Shown here: one piece after another, positions 1-11,900 of the stretch
Layout of the letters: every line of letters begins with the position of its first letter
How positions within the stretch are numbered: position 1 is the first letter of the stretch
DNA from: Gammaproteobacteria bacterium
Lineage (GTDB): Bacteria; Pseudomonadota; Gammaproteobacteria; Eutrophobiales; Eutrophobiaceae
Direction of reading: 5' to 3'
Assembly (NCBI GenBank): GCA_965238225.1
Contig: OZ250183.1
Location: forward strand, 1,632,001-1,696,000
DNA: 64,000 bases
Program-made: the position numbers and the translations under genes
Notes under the pieces: model-generated
Databases searched by the model: none
What the model saw: only the letters and a program-made list of their open reading frames with translations
What the model was told of the DNA's origin: nothing

Positions 1-3000
1 ACCAGAAGTGGATTTTACGCCATCATCAACACCAGCAGCGATAAGTGATAGAGTGCCGCCGCTTGCAGTAATTCCTTGAGCTAAATTTAAATCGCCAGCA
101 AGCAAGGTGACACTACCTCTACTATTTATCGCAGTATTGACATTAATCGCGGAGCTATTTACCACGATCCCTGTGGAATCTAAGAATGTTGCACCTGGAG
201 TCAGTGTGCCGCCAATAATAAGATGCCCATCAAACTCCGTTAGTATTGGCAGTATTAAGTCACTGCTGCCAATAGTGATAGCAGTTCCAGATGTGCTAGG
301 TATGGTTAATATACCTGTGCCTGTAACTCTACCCATAGTAGTCAATGTCTTGCCAGAATTAAAATTCCAGATATTGTCTGATGTCGTAATCTCTACTGTT
401 CCATGATAGTTTCCATCAGATGTAAAGGTATTCCTACCCCCTATACCGCTTCTAATCCGACTAAAACCATTAAATACGATGCCATTTAGCGTGCCAGCTT
501 CACTATAATCAGTAAGTATCCATGTAGATCCCGATGCTGAATTACCAATTATCCTATTGACACCTCCTACCATTCCATTAAAAGCATTAAATCCTGTGTA
601 ATTTATGTCATCTGAGCGACCAGTATTAGTGCCAATCACCGTAACTTCATTGAGGTTTGAAACAAAACCTGTGCCGCTTATATCGCTGAGATTTGCAAAG
701 GTGATGCCATTTCTCTCCGTGTCGCCATGATTAAAGTCTTGAACCCCTACTATTGTGGTGGTATCTGCTGCTGTAAAGCCTCTGTGGGTGATGCCTGCTG
801 CTGTACCTATTGTTGTGCCGGTCGGTGTAAATGCGATGTCACCCATGCCTACAATCCCACCTGTGCCGGTAATATCGGTGGCACTTAAAAATCTCATGTC
901 ATGGGTGCCGTTGATGCGTACGCCGTCCAGAAAATGAAAAAAGTTTATAGCCCCTGTTACTGTAGTCGTATCTGCTGCTGTAAAACCACTGTAGGTGAAG
1001 CCCCCTGCCGTACCTGCCGTTGTACCGGTCAAGTTAAATGCAGTTGAACCCATATTGGTAATATTGCCTGTGCCGGTGACATTGGTGACACCCGCAAAGG
1101 TCATGCCACGACTACGCTTTAAACCATGATTAAAGTCTTGAGCCCCTGTTAAGACACCAGTCGTATCTGCTGCTGTAAAACCACTGTAGGTGAAGCCCCC
1201 TGCCGTACCTGCCGTTGTACCGGTCAAGTTAAATGCAGTTGAACCCATATTGGTAATATTGCCTGTGCCGGTGACATTGGTGACACCTGCAAAGGTCATG
1301 CCACGACTCGCGACGGTGTTATGATTAAAGTTTTGAGCCCCTGTTACTGTAGTCGTATCTGCTGCTGTAAAACCACTGTAGGTGAAGCCCCCTGCCGTAC
1401 CTGCCGTTATACCGGTCAAGTTAAATGCAGTTGAACCCATATTGGTAATGTTGCCTGTGCCGCTTATATCGCTGAGATTTGCAAAGGTGATGCCATTTCT
1501 CTCCGTGTCGCCATGATTAAAGTCTTGAACCCCTACTATTGTGGTGGTATCTGCTGCTGTAAAGCCTCTGTGGGTGATGCCTGCTGCTGTACCTATTGTT
1601 GTGCCGGTCGGTGTAAATGCGATGTCACCCATGCCTACAATCCCACCTGTGCCGGTAATATCGGTGGCACTTAAAAATCTCATGTCATGGGTGCCGTTGA
1701 TGCGTACGCCGTCCAGAAAATGAAAAAAGTTTATAGCCCCTGTTACTGTAGTCGTATCTGCTGCTGTAAAACCACTGTAGGTGAAGCCCCCTGCCGTACC
1801 TGCCGTTATACCGGTCAAGTTAAATGCAGTTGAACTCATATTGGTAATGTTGCCTGTGCCGGTGACATTGGTGACACCTGCAAAGGTCATGCCACGACTA
1901 CGCTTTAAACCATGATTAAAGTCTTGAGCCCCTGTTAAGACACCAGTAGTGTCTGCTGCTGTAAAACCACTGTAGCCGATGCCCCCTGCCGTACCTGCCG
2001 TTGCGCCGGTCAAGTTAAATGCAGTTGAACCCATATTGGTAATATTGCCTGTGCCGGTGACATTGGTGACACCTGCAAAGGTCATGCCACGACTCGCGAC
2101 GGTGTTATGATTAAAGTTTTGAGCCCCTGTTACTGTAGTCGTATCTGCTGCTGTAAAACCACTGTAGGTGAAGCCCCCTGCCGTACCTGCCGTTATACCG
2201 GTCAAGTTAAATGCAGTTGAACCCATATTGGTAATGTTGCCTGTGCCGGTGACATTGGTGACACCTGCAAAGGTGATGCCACGACTCGCGACGGTGTTAT
2301 GATTAAAGTTTTGAGCCCCTGTTAAGACACCAGTGGTGTCTGCTGCTGTAAAACCACGGTAGGTGAAGCCCCCTGCCGTACCTGCCGTTGTACCGGTCAA
2401 GTTAAATACAGTTGAACCCATATTGGTAATGTTGCCTGTGCCGCTTATATCGCTGAGATTTGCAAAGGTGATGCCATTTTTTTCCGTGTCGCCATGATTA
2501 AAGTCTTGAACCCCTACTATTGTGGTGGTATCTGCTGCTGTAAAGCCTCTGTAAGTGATGTTCCCCGCCATACCTGCCGTTGTACCGGTCAAGTTAAATG
2601 CAGTTGAACCCATATTGGTAATATTGCCTGTGCCGCTTATCGCTTCATAATCCGATGAAACAGTGACAACAGTAGTAGTTCCCCCTGAAGTGGTAATACT
2701 CGATTTGCCTGTGCCATGATTAAAACCAGCAAGTCCTGTGATTGTATCTGCAGCGGTATCAGAAAGTGTTATACCTGTATCTGAAGCGTTAATCGCTGTT
2801 ACGCCTTCTGTCTTTTGAATATTTACAGTATCATCATCGTGAGAACCATCGATATTGATAGTGCCGAGCACAGCCCTTGTAGCAGCCCCAGTTTGAGTCA
2901 GTGCGTTGCTGCTAATATCTGAAGTGATATTGATAGTTATCTCGTCAGAAGAATCACTTCCAGTGATATCCAACGTATGATAGCCTGAAAAAGCGATGTC

Positions 3001-4650
3001 TTCGCCCACGCCCAGAATAAGAACATAGGCATCCTCAGCCAGACTCGCATCGCCACTACCCCCTGTTGTACCGGATGTAAAAAAAGTCCCGATTGCCAAA
3101 GATGCCACTTCAGCTGACGTGAAATTTACAGTTAAAGTCCCTGTGCCTGTCCAGTCATTAAGAGGCTCAAGACCAGAAAAATCTATGGTTTCGGTAAAGG
3201 ATCCGTAATCATAGGTTAACCCTCCAGCCTTACCTGCGGCATCACCTTGTCTTGTGGTGTATGTCATCCCAATACTGTTTGTATGCGCAGTGTTACTTTT
3301 ATAAAAATTTGCCAGATCATTTTCATTATCTACAACGCCTGAATCGTCTATAACTATATGCTTCTCACCCGTGCCAAGTGCAATGTTGTATGTATCTGAA
3401 CCCTCACCGCCATCTAAAGTTATTATAGGCGCTAATGAGGCATCGATATGGTATGTATCCTCGCCACTTCCGCCGGTAACATTCACCGAACCTGCTAGGT
3501 ATTTCCCTTCTAAAGTGCTTGTGCTGCCTGCATGTGACTCGCCGGTGTGAATGTTAATTGTCCCACTAGATTTATTATCAGCACCTGATGCATTGAGGAC
3601 TCCAGACTCAGTAACAGCAACATTCGTTGCAGAAATTTCAATCATACCGCCATCATCAGCACTTGATGAAACATCAAGCATGCCAGTGTTGATAAGGGAA
3701 TTACCTGATCCAACAGCAACCAATTTAATTGTACCGCCCTGATTTTCAATTTTCCCGGCGCTAATCATGCCGCTGTTATTTACCACCTTAGAAAACACAT
3801 CTTTTGCGGCAGAACCTTGCAACAATACACTGCCACCTTGAGCCTCAATCTCACCGGTATTACTGACTGCGGCATCTAAGGACTGCACATTTGTAAGAAC
3901 TTCTTTGTCGATAGCAAACTGCATTAGGCCATCGCCGTCGAAATCAATGGCAAGCTGATTACCTGCGAGCAAATTTACCTGTCCGATAGAAACACGGATG
4001 ACACCTTCATTGATGACGGCTTTACCAACAAGATTAACTGACCCACCGGCAGCAGCCTCCAACACGCCCTGATTGATAACGATGCCATCTGTCCCATCAA
4101 CGCTGTTGAAATTAAATCTGCCGTTCATAAAGTCGTCACTGGATATGTCTAGCCCAGATACAGTGAGCGAATTGACATTGACACTTGAGCCTGGTTTAAA
4201 GAAGACTCCATTAGGGTTAACGAGTAATATACGGCCAGCAGCGCTTATTGAACCGAAAATTTGGCTGGCACTTTGATCGGTGATCCGAGCCATAAATTGA
4301 TCGCTTGCTTTTTGCTTGATAATTACCTTCTCATGAGCGGCAATATTAAATGAATCGTATTGAGCTGCGAGCTGCGAGGAAAATTGGTCAACTGTGTGTG
4401 TGTTGCCTACTGTGTTTAGCGTTCCGTCTCCAGCAATGATCACGCCACCTTGAGGATTGGCAAAAACGACGCTTGAGTTCAAAGCTAAACATAGACTGAA
4501 AACGAATAAACTGACAACAGGCAGGCGGACGTTACCAATACGCTCGGCAACAAAACTCACTGCCAAGCTGCACATTTGTCGCGCAAAGCTTCTTTTTTTG
4601 CTTCTTTTCTCAGTCAGTAATTTAAACAAATGACGTTCTCTTTTGTTCAT
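1..4650 (-). CDS. TpsA / filamentous haemagglutinin-family exoprotein (3' end outside the window, >1550 aa)
   Basis: Not in the ORF track because there is no stop in the window. Translated by hand from ATG at 4650: MNKRERHLFK..., long signal peptide ending VVFA, then NPQGG and a TPS domain (SQIFGSISAAGRILLVNPNGVFF). The frame at position 1 matches the start frame. Adjacent to TpsB. Confidence 0.9.
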   Translation of the reverse strand, partial: MNKRERHLFKLLTEKRSKKRSFARQMCSLAVSFVAERIGNVRLPVVSLFVFSLCLALNSSVVFANPQGGVIIAGDGTLNTVGNTHTVDQFSSQLAAQYDSFNIAAHEKVIIKQKASDQFMARITDQSASQIFGSISAAGRILLVNPNGVFFKPGSSVNVNSLTVSGLDISSDDFMNGRFNFNSVDGTDGIVINQGVLEAAAGGSVNLVGKAVINEGVIRVSIGQVNLLAGNQLAIDFDGDGLMQFAIDKEVLTNVQSLDAAVSNTGEIEAQGGSVLLQGSAAKDVFSKVVNNSGMISAGKIENQGGTIKLVAVGSGNSLINTGMLDVSSSADDGGMIEISATNVAVTESGVLNASGADNKSSGTINIHTGESHAGSTSTLEGKYLAGSVNVTGGSGEDTYHIDASLAPIITLDGGEGSDTYNIALGTGEKHIVIDDSGVVDNENDLANFYKSNTAHTNSIGMTYTTRQGDAAGKAGGLTYDYGSFTETIDFSGLEPLNDWTGTGTLTVNFTSAEVASLAIGTFFTSGTTGGSGDASLAEDAYVLILGVGEDIAFSGYHTLDITGSDSSDEITINITSDISSNALTQTGAATRAVLGTINIDGSHDDDTVNIQKTEGVTAINASDTGITLSDTAADTITGLAGFNHGTGKSSITTSGGTTTVVTVSSDYEAISGTGNITNMGSTAFNLTGTTAGMAGNITYRGFTAADTTTIVGVQDFNHGDTEKNGITFANLSDISGTGNITNMGSTVFNLTGTTAGTAGGFTYRGFTAADTTGVLTGAQNFNHNTVASRGITFAGVTNVTGTGNITNMGSTAFNLTGITAGTAGGFTYSGFTAADTTTVTGAQNFNHNTVASRGMTFAGVTNVTGTGNITNMGSTAFNLTGATAGTAGGIGYSGFTAADTTGVLTGAQDFNHGLKRSRGMTFAGVTNVTGTGNITNMSSTAFNLTGITAGTAGGFTYSGFTAADTTTVTGAINFFHFLDGVRINGTHDMRFLSATDITGTGGIVGMGDIAFTPTGTTIGTAAGITHRGFTAADTTTIVGVQDFNHGDTERNGITFANLSDISGTGNITNMGSTAFNLTGITAGTAGGFTYSGFTAADTTTVTGAQNFNHNTVASRGMTFAGVTNVTGTGNITNMGSTAFNLTGTTAGTAGGFTYSGFTAADTTGVLTGAQDFNHGLKRSRGMTFAGVTNVTGTGNITNMGSTAFNLTGTTAGTAGGFTYSGFTAADTTTVTGAINFFHFLDGVRINGTHDMRFLSATDITGTGGIVGMGDIAFTPTGTTIGTAAGITHRGFTAADTTTIVGVQDFNHGDTERNGITFANLSDISGTGFVSNLNEVTVIGTNTGRSDDINYTGFNAFNGMVGGVNRIIGNSASGSTWILTDYSEAGTLNGIVFNGFSRIRSGIGGRNTFTSDGNYHGTVEITTSDNIWNFNSGKTLTTMGRVTGTGILTIPSTSGTAITIGSSDLILPILTEFDGHLIIGGTLTPGATFLDSTGIVVNSSAINVNTAINSRGSVTLLAGDLNLAQGITASGGTLSLIAAGVDDGVKSTSG
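668..2640. repeat. Tandem intragenic repeats of TpsA: about 10 units of ~192-207 nt with a near-exact 786-nt higher-order repeat
   Basis: CCTGTGCCG recurs at ~668, 860, 1067, 1262, 1454, 1646, 1853, 2048, 2240, 2434, 2627. Segment 668-1453 is nearly identical to 1454-2239, and the identical 60-aa antisense ORFs at 755 and 1541 are 786 nt apart. Confidence 0.92.
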
Positions 4651-4927
4651 GTTTGTTCTCTAATTTTGTCTATCGTTTTTAAACACAAGGCAACTTTTTT
4701 TAAGGTACGAAAAATATTACGTCCACAAATCAAACAACATATGCACACACCAAAATAACCACAACCAAATAACACTTACCTAAATAAGCTAAAATTTATG
4801 CTCAGCTTGTGACTGTTAACGCAATTCAAGAAAATTATAGTCCTAAACCAAAACAACCCTAATAGCAAGTGTGTGTCCTGTAAACTTTACTAAATTAATC
4901 ACTCGTTCGGTCAATAAAATTCTGCCT

Positions 4928-6736
4928 CTAGAATTTATATGTCATATCCCCCCAGATCTGCACATTGCGCCCATTACCAACATCATTGCCGCCAATTTCA
5001 GTCGCAACCGAGAGTTTTGATTCAAACACTCCGGGTAATGTGAATCGCAGACCTAAACCAACACCCCGCAACGAATTGTGTCTTTGCTGTTCTGTTGGCA
5101 ATGGATAATTCAATCGGCCTGATGCCTGCTCAAAGAACAGGCTAAATTGTAGTAATTCACCCCATGTGCGACTATCAAACGCAGGCTTATCTGCAAAGCC
5201 TGGGGCATTCATTAACCATTCTAAGGATAAAAAATAGGCGCGATCCCACAAAACCTGAGAAACAGGGAACGCTCGAAGATTATCCGGTCCGCCGACGGCG
5301 TATTGCTCTATGGCAAGCAACGCATCTTTAGCCCACTGAAATTCTGACCGAATCAATAAAGAATGGTTCTTTCTAAGCGTCTGTAGCCGTGTATAACTGG
5401 CAAATACTTTACTAAACTGACCTGCAGCAAACCGACCGTCAGGCAGACCTTTTTGTCTACTTGGCTGAAGTCCAATCGGCAAGTTAAGCGCATCAACATG
5501 ACTGCCTATGGAGTTAAAGAGATTATTCACCCCATGGCTAAACTCCAGAAAGGCAAAGTTGATACCGCCGCCACTATCATCAGGATCATTGCTGAGGCTG
5601 AATGTATCTACAGAATCATAATCAGCAGATAAAGTGAAAACAGCCAAACGATCCCTGTTTGTGCTGTTGGTAACCGTAATTGTTTGAGATTTCTTGCGGG
5701 TAAAGCCAAAACTTGCAGAAAAATTTTTCTGGCGACTTCTGATGAAAGATTTTTCTATATGTACACCCTGAGTTTCTGATCTGGAACTAATCTGACTATC
5801 GGCGAATTCACCGCCAACATCAAAGGCATTGACGTTAATAAATCCGCCAATTTTATAACCACCAACAAGAAACATGTCATAAGCTGCACTAACGAAAAAA
5901 TTCTTTTTAGGGTGGTACGATTGTTGCCCTGTAAGCGTAAGGCTATCAGCAAACCCGGATATGTTGTTCCAGTCAATGATGGTGCGTAAACGATTACGAC
6001 CAGTTTCCTGAGTACCATGAACATCCGCCCGAATTGCAACATCGAATTGTTTTTCTTCTTGCACTTGAATTACAAGGTCTGCCGTACCAACATGTAGCCC
6101 TGGCTGAAAAACACCATACGCGCTAAGTCCTGAATAATCAGTCAATCTTAGAAGTGCCGCTTCGATCTTCGATTTACTAACAGGCTGTCCTATCAACTTA
6201 CGAAAGGGTCTCTTAAGTATCTCGTTTTTGTATATTTCGTTGCCTTCTGTTAGAATCCGCCCAAGCTTGCCGACCAAGATCTGAACATCAACGATGCCGT
6301 GTGAGATCGTTTGCACGGGGATGACTGCCTGAGCAAGGATTAGACCTTTTCTGCGGTAGAATTTTTCGATTACATCCGCAACGCCTTGCAATTGCCCAAC
6401 GGTAAACCCCTTTGGTTTAAGAGCCTTTTCGTCTTCCAAAAGTGCATTAAGCTCACTAAGATCGATGCCAAATTCAGGCAAATTTTCGGCATCTAACAAG
6501 CGAAATTCCGTAATGAGGACTGTTTCGCCTTCGTCCACACGAAGCGGTCTGTCAACAACGGCAGGAACCTCTAAATTCCCAGAATTGGATGGGTTCTTGG
6601 AATGTTCATCCTGGGAAGGGCGAACTGCCCCAGGACGGGCAAAACCAGATAAGTCTGCAGAATCTGCAAAAATCGATGTAATCATCGTCATGTTGCAACA
6701 CAGCACAACTGCTATAGTAGAAACCCTACTGCCCAT
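4928..6736 (-). CDS. TpsB / ShlB-FhaC-HecB family outer-membrane transporter
   Basis: 602 aa. Signal peptide, POTRA-like region (FYRRKGLILAQAVIPVQTI...GKLG), VRGY-like motif (GGPDNLRAF), C-terminal Phe (YKF). Directly upstream of TpsA on the same strand. Confidence 0.9.
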   Translation of the reverse strand: MGSRVSTIAVVLCCNMTMITSIFADSADLSGFARPGAVRPSQDEHSKNPSNSGNLEVPAVVDRPLRVDEGETVLITEFRLLDAENLPEFGIDLSELNALLEDEKALKPKGFTVGQLQGVADVIEKFYRRKGLILAQAVIPVQTISHGIVDVQILVGKLGRILTEGNEIYKNEILKRPFRKLIGQPVSKSKIEAALLRLTDYSGLSAYGVFQPGLHVGTADLVIQVQEEKQFDVAIRADVHGTQETGRNRLRTIIDWNNISGFADSLTLTGQQSYHPKKNFFVSAAYDMFLVGGYKIGGFINVNAFDVGGEFADSQISSRSETQGVHIEKSFIRSRQKNFSASFGFTRKKSQTITVTNSTNRDRLAVFTLSADYDSVDTFSLSNDPDDSGGGINFAFLEFSHGVNNLFNSIGSHVDALNLPIGLQPSRQKGLPDGRFAAGQFSKVFASYTRLQTLRKNHSLLIRSEFQWAKDALLAIEQYAVGGPDNLRAFPVSQVLWDRAYFLSLEWLMNAPGFADKPAFDSRTWGELLQFSLFFEQASGRLNYPLPTEQQRHNSLRGVGLGLRFTLPGVFESKLSVATEIGGNDVGNGRNVQIWGDMTYKF

Positions 6737-7237
6737 ACTTCCGATAAATTCTCACTTTAATATGCCATACACACTCAACCCGCACTTATATCACAGATTC
6801 TAGAGCACTTAATATAGCCCTTTCACTTAAATTTTGACTTACACTAAAACATCCTTGACTGCAAGACACCCTTGGAAGTGTAGCACTTCTATTATTCCAT
6901 GCTATAAAAAAATCCACACCCTTGCAAATGAGTATTTTGGGGCATTGTCTTCTTCACAAATTTATGGGTAAAAATCACCATTCTTAACCCAAGATTATTC
7001 TTGAAATTTGAAAGAGTTATTTTATGCATTAAGATTTTCCCTTAAAGGATAATAAGGTATGATGACAATCTAAGGTATAACGGCAATCACCAAGGAAAAC
7101 GCTAAATATTCATATAAACACATACACAAGTTACAAGAAAATGGTGTAAAAAAATAAACATCAATTTGTCCATTTGTAATGCACAAGCCAAAACTAGACA
7201 ATGAAATATATAAAGCCATAAAAAAACCAAAACCCCC

Positions 7238-8149
7238 ATGCAACCAAAAACTATAGATACAGCCATTGTGTTCGCCGATATAGTGGGCAGCACCAAAATT
7301 TACGACACAATTGGTGATGAGCGTGCAAAAGCAAAAATTGCAGCAACGCTTAAGACTATGTCAGAGATTACCAAAAACAATCAAGGTACAGTAATCAAAA
7401 CTATTGGTGATGAAGTCATGTGTGCTTTCCCAACAGCCGAAAAGGCCAATGCAGCGGCGCAAGAAATGCAAGAGACATTTGAGGAGGAATCAGAATCAAA
7501 TACTGATGGCTCACCTATTGTTATTAGAGTCGGAATGCACTTTGGCTCGGCAATTATGGAAGATGGTGATGTCTTTGGGGATACTGTAAATATTGCAGCA
7601 AGAATGGCGGCACAAGCAAAAGCAAAACAAATCATTACCACACAAGATACGCTAGATAAATTACCAGCATCGGTATGTGCCAGCGCACGTTTCGTTGATC
7701 GTGCGCACATTAAAGGTAAACAAGAAACGATTGATATATTTGAAATTATCTGGCAGGAGGGAGATGTCACGCAGATGGCAGTAAGAAGCATAGTTGCGAA
7801 CAAGACAATACCGGAAACTAAGCTAATGCTAACCTATAGGGGTGAGACAGTTGAACTCAGTAAATCACGACCTAGCCTGATAATGGGAAGAGGTAAAAAT
7901 TGCGATCTCACAATCTATGAAGAACTGGCATCAAGACAACATGTGCGTATAGAACTACGCAAGGATAAATTTTTCATTGTGGATCAAAGCACGAATGGGA
8001 CGCATGTTATAACAGATAACAAACCTGAAGAGTTTCTTCGTAGAGAAGAGATTTCGCTAACCAGCGGCGGATGTATCAGCCTTGGAAAAAGTTTTAGTGG
8101 AAACCCAGATGAAGTGGTGGAGTTCAAGCTGATTGGTTCCCAAAATTAA
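7238..8149 (+). CDS. Class III adenylate/guanylate cyclase with C-terminal FHA domain
   Basis: Cyclase motifs FADIVGST, KTIGD, GDTVNIAARM. FHA motifs MGR, ASRQH, DQSTNGT. Confidence 0.92.
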   Translation: MQPKTIDTAIVFADIVGSTKIYDTIGDERAKAKIAATLKTMSEITKNNQGTVIKTIGDEVMCAFPTAEKANAAAQEMQETFEEESESNTDGSPIVIRVGMHFGSAIMEDGDVFGDTVNIAARMAAQAKAKQIITTQDTLDKLPASVCASARFVDRAHIKGKQETIDIFEIIWQEGDVTQMAVRSIVANKTIPETKLMLTYRGETVELSKSRPSLIMGRGKNCDLTIYEELASRQHVRIELRKDKFFIVDQSTNGTHVITDNKPEEFLRREEISLTSGGCISLGKSFSGNPDEVVEFKLIGSQN

Positions 8150-8215
8150 ATTACTGCTTTGTAAGATTTCTTTAAAAAGTCTATGGAGTTGGTGTAGGCA
8201 GGTGATAGAAATACA

Positions 8216-8962
8216 ATGGTTATGGTAGAAAACAAATTGTCCGCTCATTATTCATGGTCGTCGTTTGGTATTACTGACACTGGCAAAGTTCGTGAGCGCA
8301 ACGAAGATTCACTACTCAACAAACCGGAAATAGGGTTATGGGTTGTAGCTGACGGTATGGGCGGCTACCAAGATGGTAATATCGCGAGCCAGATGATAGT
8401 CAATTCACTTAGCAAAATTCGTACAGACATAGCTCTCAATCTATGCATTGATAACATAGAAGACAGACTTCTGAAAATCAATAAATATTTGACTGAAAAA
8501 GCGCGGACATCAAAAAACAATGCAACGATAGGAAGCACAGCCGTAGGTATGCTCGCTTATGATAGATTTTGCACTTTTTTCTGGGCAGGTGACAGCCGTC
8601 TGTACAGACTGCGTAATGGCTCGCTAAACCAGTTAACAGCCGATCACTCGCAAGTTGAGGCTTATATCAGGCAAGGCTTAATAGATCGCCAAGATGCAGC
8701 AGACCATCCACACGGCAATATGATTACGAGAGCAGTAGGTGCAGAAAAAGAGCTTTACGTCGATTTTGATATTCAGGAAATGCAATACGGGGATCGATAC
8801 ATGCTTTGCAGTGATGGTCTAACCAAGCATTTGCAAGATATTGATTTTGAAAAAATGCTGAGTAAGGATGATGCTAAACAGGCATGCAAGAAATTAATCG
8901 CGCTCACTATGAAAAGAGGCGCAGGTGACAATGTCACCAGCATCGTAATTGATATTAAATGA
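8216..8962 (+). CDS. PP2C-family Ser/Thr protein phosphatase (Stp1/PppA-like)
   Basis: Motifs TDTGKVRERNED, VADGMGG, WAGDSRLY, CSDGL, GAGDNVT. Confidence 0.93.
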   Translation: MVMVENKLSAHYSWSSFGITDTGKVRERNEDSLLNKPEIGLWVVADGMGGYQDGNIASQMIVNSLSKIRTDIALNLCIDNIEDRLLKINKYLTEKARTSKNNATIGSTAVGMLAYDRFCTFFWAGDSRLYRLRNGSLNQLTADHSQVEAYIRQGLIDRQDAADHPHGNMITRAVGAEKELYVDFDIQEMQYGDRYMLCSDGLTKHLQDIDFEKMLSKDDAKQACKKLIALTMKRGAGDNVTSIVIDIK

Positions 8963-8995
8963 TCATGACTGAGTTAATGAGCATGGGAATAAACC

Positions 8996-11900
8996 GTGGC
9001 TAATTTTAAAACAGCACTTGAAGCACTCGCAAAAGGCAATATGGATATTGATGCTTTGACCAAACAATTACTCGTGCTGCTTGATGAGGCACCTCAGCAC
9101 GCCAATCTTATGCTCTCTCAACTTGATGAAATACATGACCAAAAAATTATTAGCGATCAAGATTACACAAAACTGAAGGGTCATATTAATGAGTACAGAA
9201 GAGATCACTCGGTAGAAACAGAAACTGGCACACATGCTGATGATGAGGCAACGGTGTTTGCTCACAAACCTGATACGCAAGATGATGCAGATGATAAAAC
9301 ACAAGTAATTTCAAGCAATGAGGGTAACACGCAAGAGTCCGGCGTTACTGGCTTTGATGTAACCAGCGGAACAGATATGGGCGGTACCGATATCGATCTT
9401 AGCGACATTCATAGCCCATCAACTATATCCGTCACTGAGACATCTGACGCTACCTGGTCAGAACCTTCCACACAATCCCCTGAAGCGCAAACAACAGCAC
9501 TAGGTCCAGGCTCTATAATTAAACAGCGCTTTAAATTGATTGACGTGCTTGGTATCGGCGGTATGGGTAAAGTATACAAAGGATTGGATCTTCTCAAAGA
9601 AGAGGCAAAAGACAAGAAACCCTATTGTGCAATCAAGCTGTTAAACGAAGATTTCAAAGACCACCCAGAAGCGTTTATATCACTACAACGTGAGTCCAGT
9701 CGCCAACAAAAGCTGGCGCACCCAAACATAGCAACAATCTATGATTTTGACCGCATTGCAGGTCCTGGGACACCTGTCTACATCACTATGGAGCTGATGG
9801 AAGGCATGGAGCTTAAGGATTACATCAAGAAAACGGTAAAAAAACAGAACGGTCTCCCATTTGACGAAGCCTTCCCTATGATCAAACAGATGGTAGATGC
9901 GCTCGCTTATGCACACGATAAACGGCTGGTGCATTCAGATCTCAAACCGGGCAATGCCTTTTTATGTAACGACGGCACAGTAAAAATACTGGATTTTGGT
10001 ATCGCGCGTGCAGTAAAAAATCCTGTTACCGGGGAGACTGAAAAAACGCTGTTTGACCCAGGTAAATTAGGCGCATTGACGCCAGCTTATGCCAGTTACG
10101 AAATGCTGGAAGGTGAAGAACCAGATACACGAGATGACACTTATGCTCTAGGTTGTATGGCATATGAACTGCTAACAGGCAACCACCCCTTTAATAAATT
10201 GCCCGCCAACAAAGCCAAGGAAAATAAACTCAAGCCACCTATGGTCAAGGGCTTAAAGAAAAAACAAAATCGTGCTTTGCAAAGAGCTATCGCATTTGAA
10301 CGTAAGGATCGTAGCCCCACTATCGAACACTTCCTGAAGGAACTTGAAAACAAATATATCTGGTACAAGAGTCCGTCTACGATTGCTGCGGTATTTGCTG
10401 TGGTTATTAGTCTTGGCGGAACGGCGCCTCTATTAAATTATATGAATCAGAGAAATATAGATCGCATGATTACTGATATCAATACTGGCACACCACAGGT
10501 AATAGTTGATCGTTTAGAAGCAATTAATGAATTTGAAACAACTGATCAAAGAGAAATTATTGATGGTGCAAAGGCTGCCATTCAAGACCACTTCAGTGAG
10601 AAAATCGGTAAACTTACCGACACAACAGGTGACAAATACGACTTCCCTGAAGCAGGGTTGGTGCTTGCCAGAGTCGGCAAACTCTATCCAGATTCAAGCT
10701 TTTATCTGGAACAATCTAAGCATATCGAAACCAGCAAGAATCAGAAACTAAGCACACTCTACAGTAAGTATTCGGCAGCGCTGAGTGGTTCTTCTGCACT
10801 GCTGGATAATACTAAGACTATTCTTGAGCGAATCAAAACCCAGATTGATCCTATGGATTCCTTACTAACAGATCCTCGCGCCAGTAACCAATATAGATTA
10901 TTGGCACAGAGCGCATTCGACCAAGGCGATCTTAAACAGGCAACAACATTGATTACTTCTGGTATTGCGCTTACTGATTCCAGTATCAAAATCGCACGAG
11001 AAAAGGAACAATTGGCATCACAAGATGAACAATTGCAGTTGCAAGCGGAACAATTGAAATATGAACAATCGCTTGCACAATTGAAGGATGTCAAGAACAA
11101 AATAGAAACAAAAGTTGATATCATTGCGCTGGAAGAAAGACTTGGTATTCAATCTACCAGACTTGCGTCACTTATTGATTATCAGAAAATAAAAACCGAC
11201 GTTATTGAACTGACCGAACTCAATCCAGAAAGCAATACGCTTACTTCCATTGCTGCTTCCATGCAAAACACGGTGACTCAAGAGCTTGTCAAGATTTTGA
11301 CAAGCGGCAACAGAGAAGATGCTGAGGTATTCGTTAATGAATATGGCGATATATTGAACGCCTTACATCTGAATAAAGAACTCACAGAAATGAAACTTGC
11401 GCATTTTCAAGGCGCACGACGAAGTGCAGAAATTCGGGCTATTGTGAATACGCACACATCCACAATTGACGAATCACTCAAATCTCCCAACATAGAAGAT
11501 TTAAAGTGGGAATCGAAAATATTGACCAGTGTTGGAGAACTTGATGTCTTATCCAAAGAAGATCCTTCAGCAGCAGATGATCTTAAGACTATTCGCCAAA
11601 AAATCGCTCAACTCTATATTGGTGCGGCACAAAAAACACTTGATGCCGAACGATTTTATGTTGCCAAAAATTTTATTAATAAAGGTCGCCGCTTTGCGCC
11701 TGATGATGCAAAAATTTCTAGCATGAGCGCTACCATTGAACAAGCTGAGGTCGCGTATGAGACCACATATAAAAAGAAATTATTGGTTGATGGTCTGATA
11801 GTAGAGTTTGAGACGAAAACAAAAGCAAATGACATTGCCGGTGCACTTGATTATTTTAAACAACTGGAAAAAGAAATACCTGATAACGTATTTGTTACCG

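Noticed and set aside
755-1723. Two identical 60-aa plus-strand ORFs
   Set aside because: Antisense to the 786-nt duplicated block of TpsA.
6866-6925. ACACCCTTG direct repeat in the tpsB/cyclase divergent spacer
   Set aside because: Only two 9-bp copies with no recognisable consensus. Could be chance.
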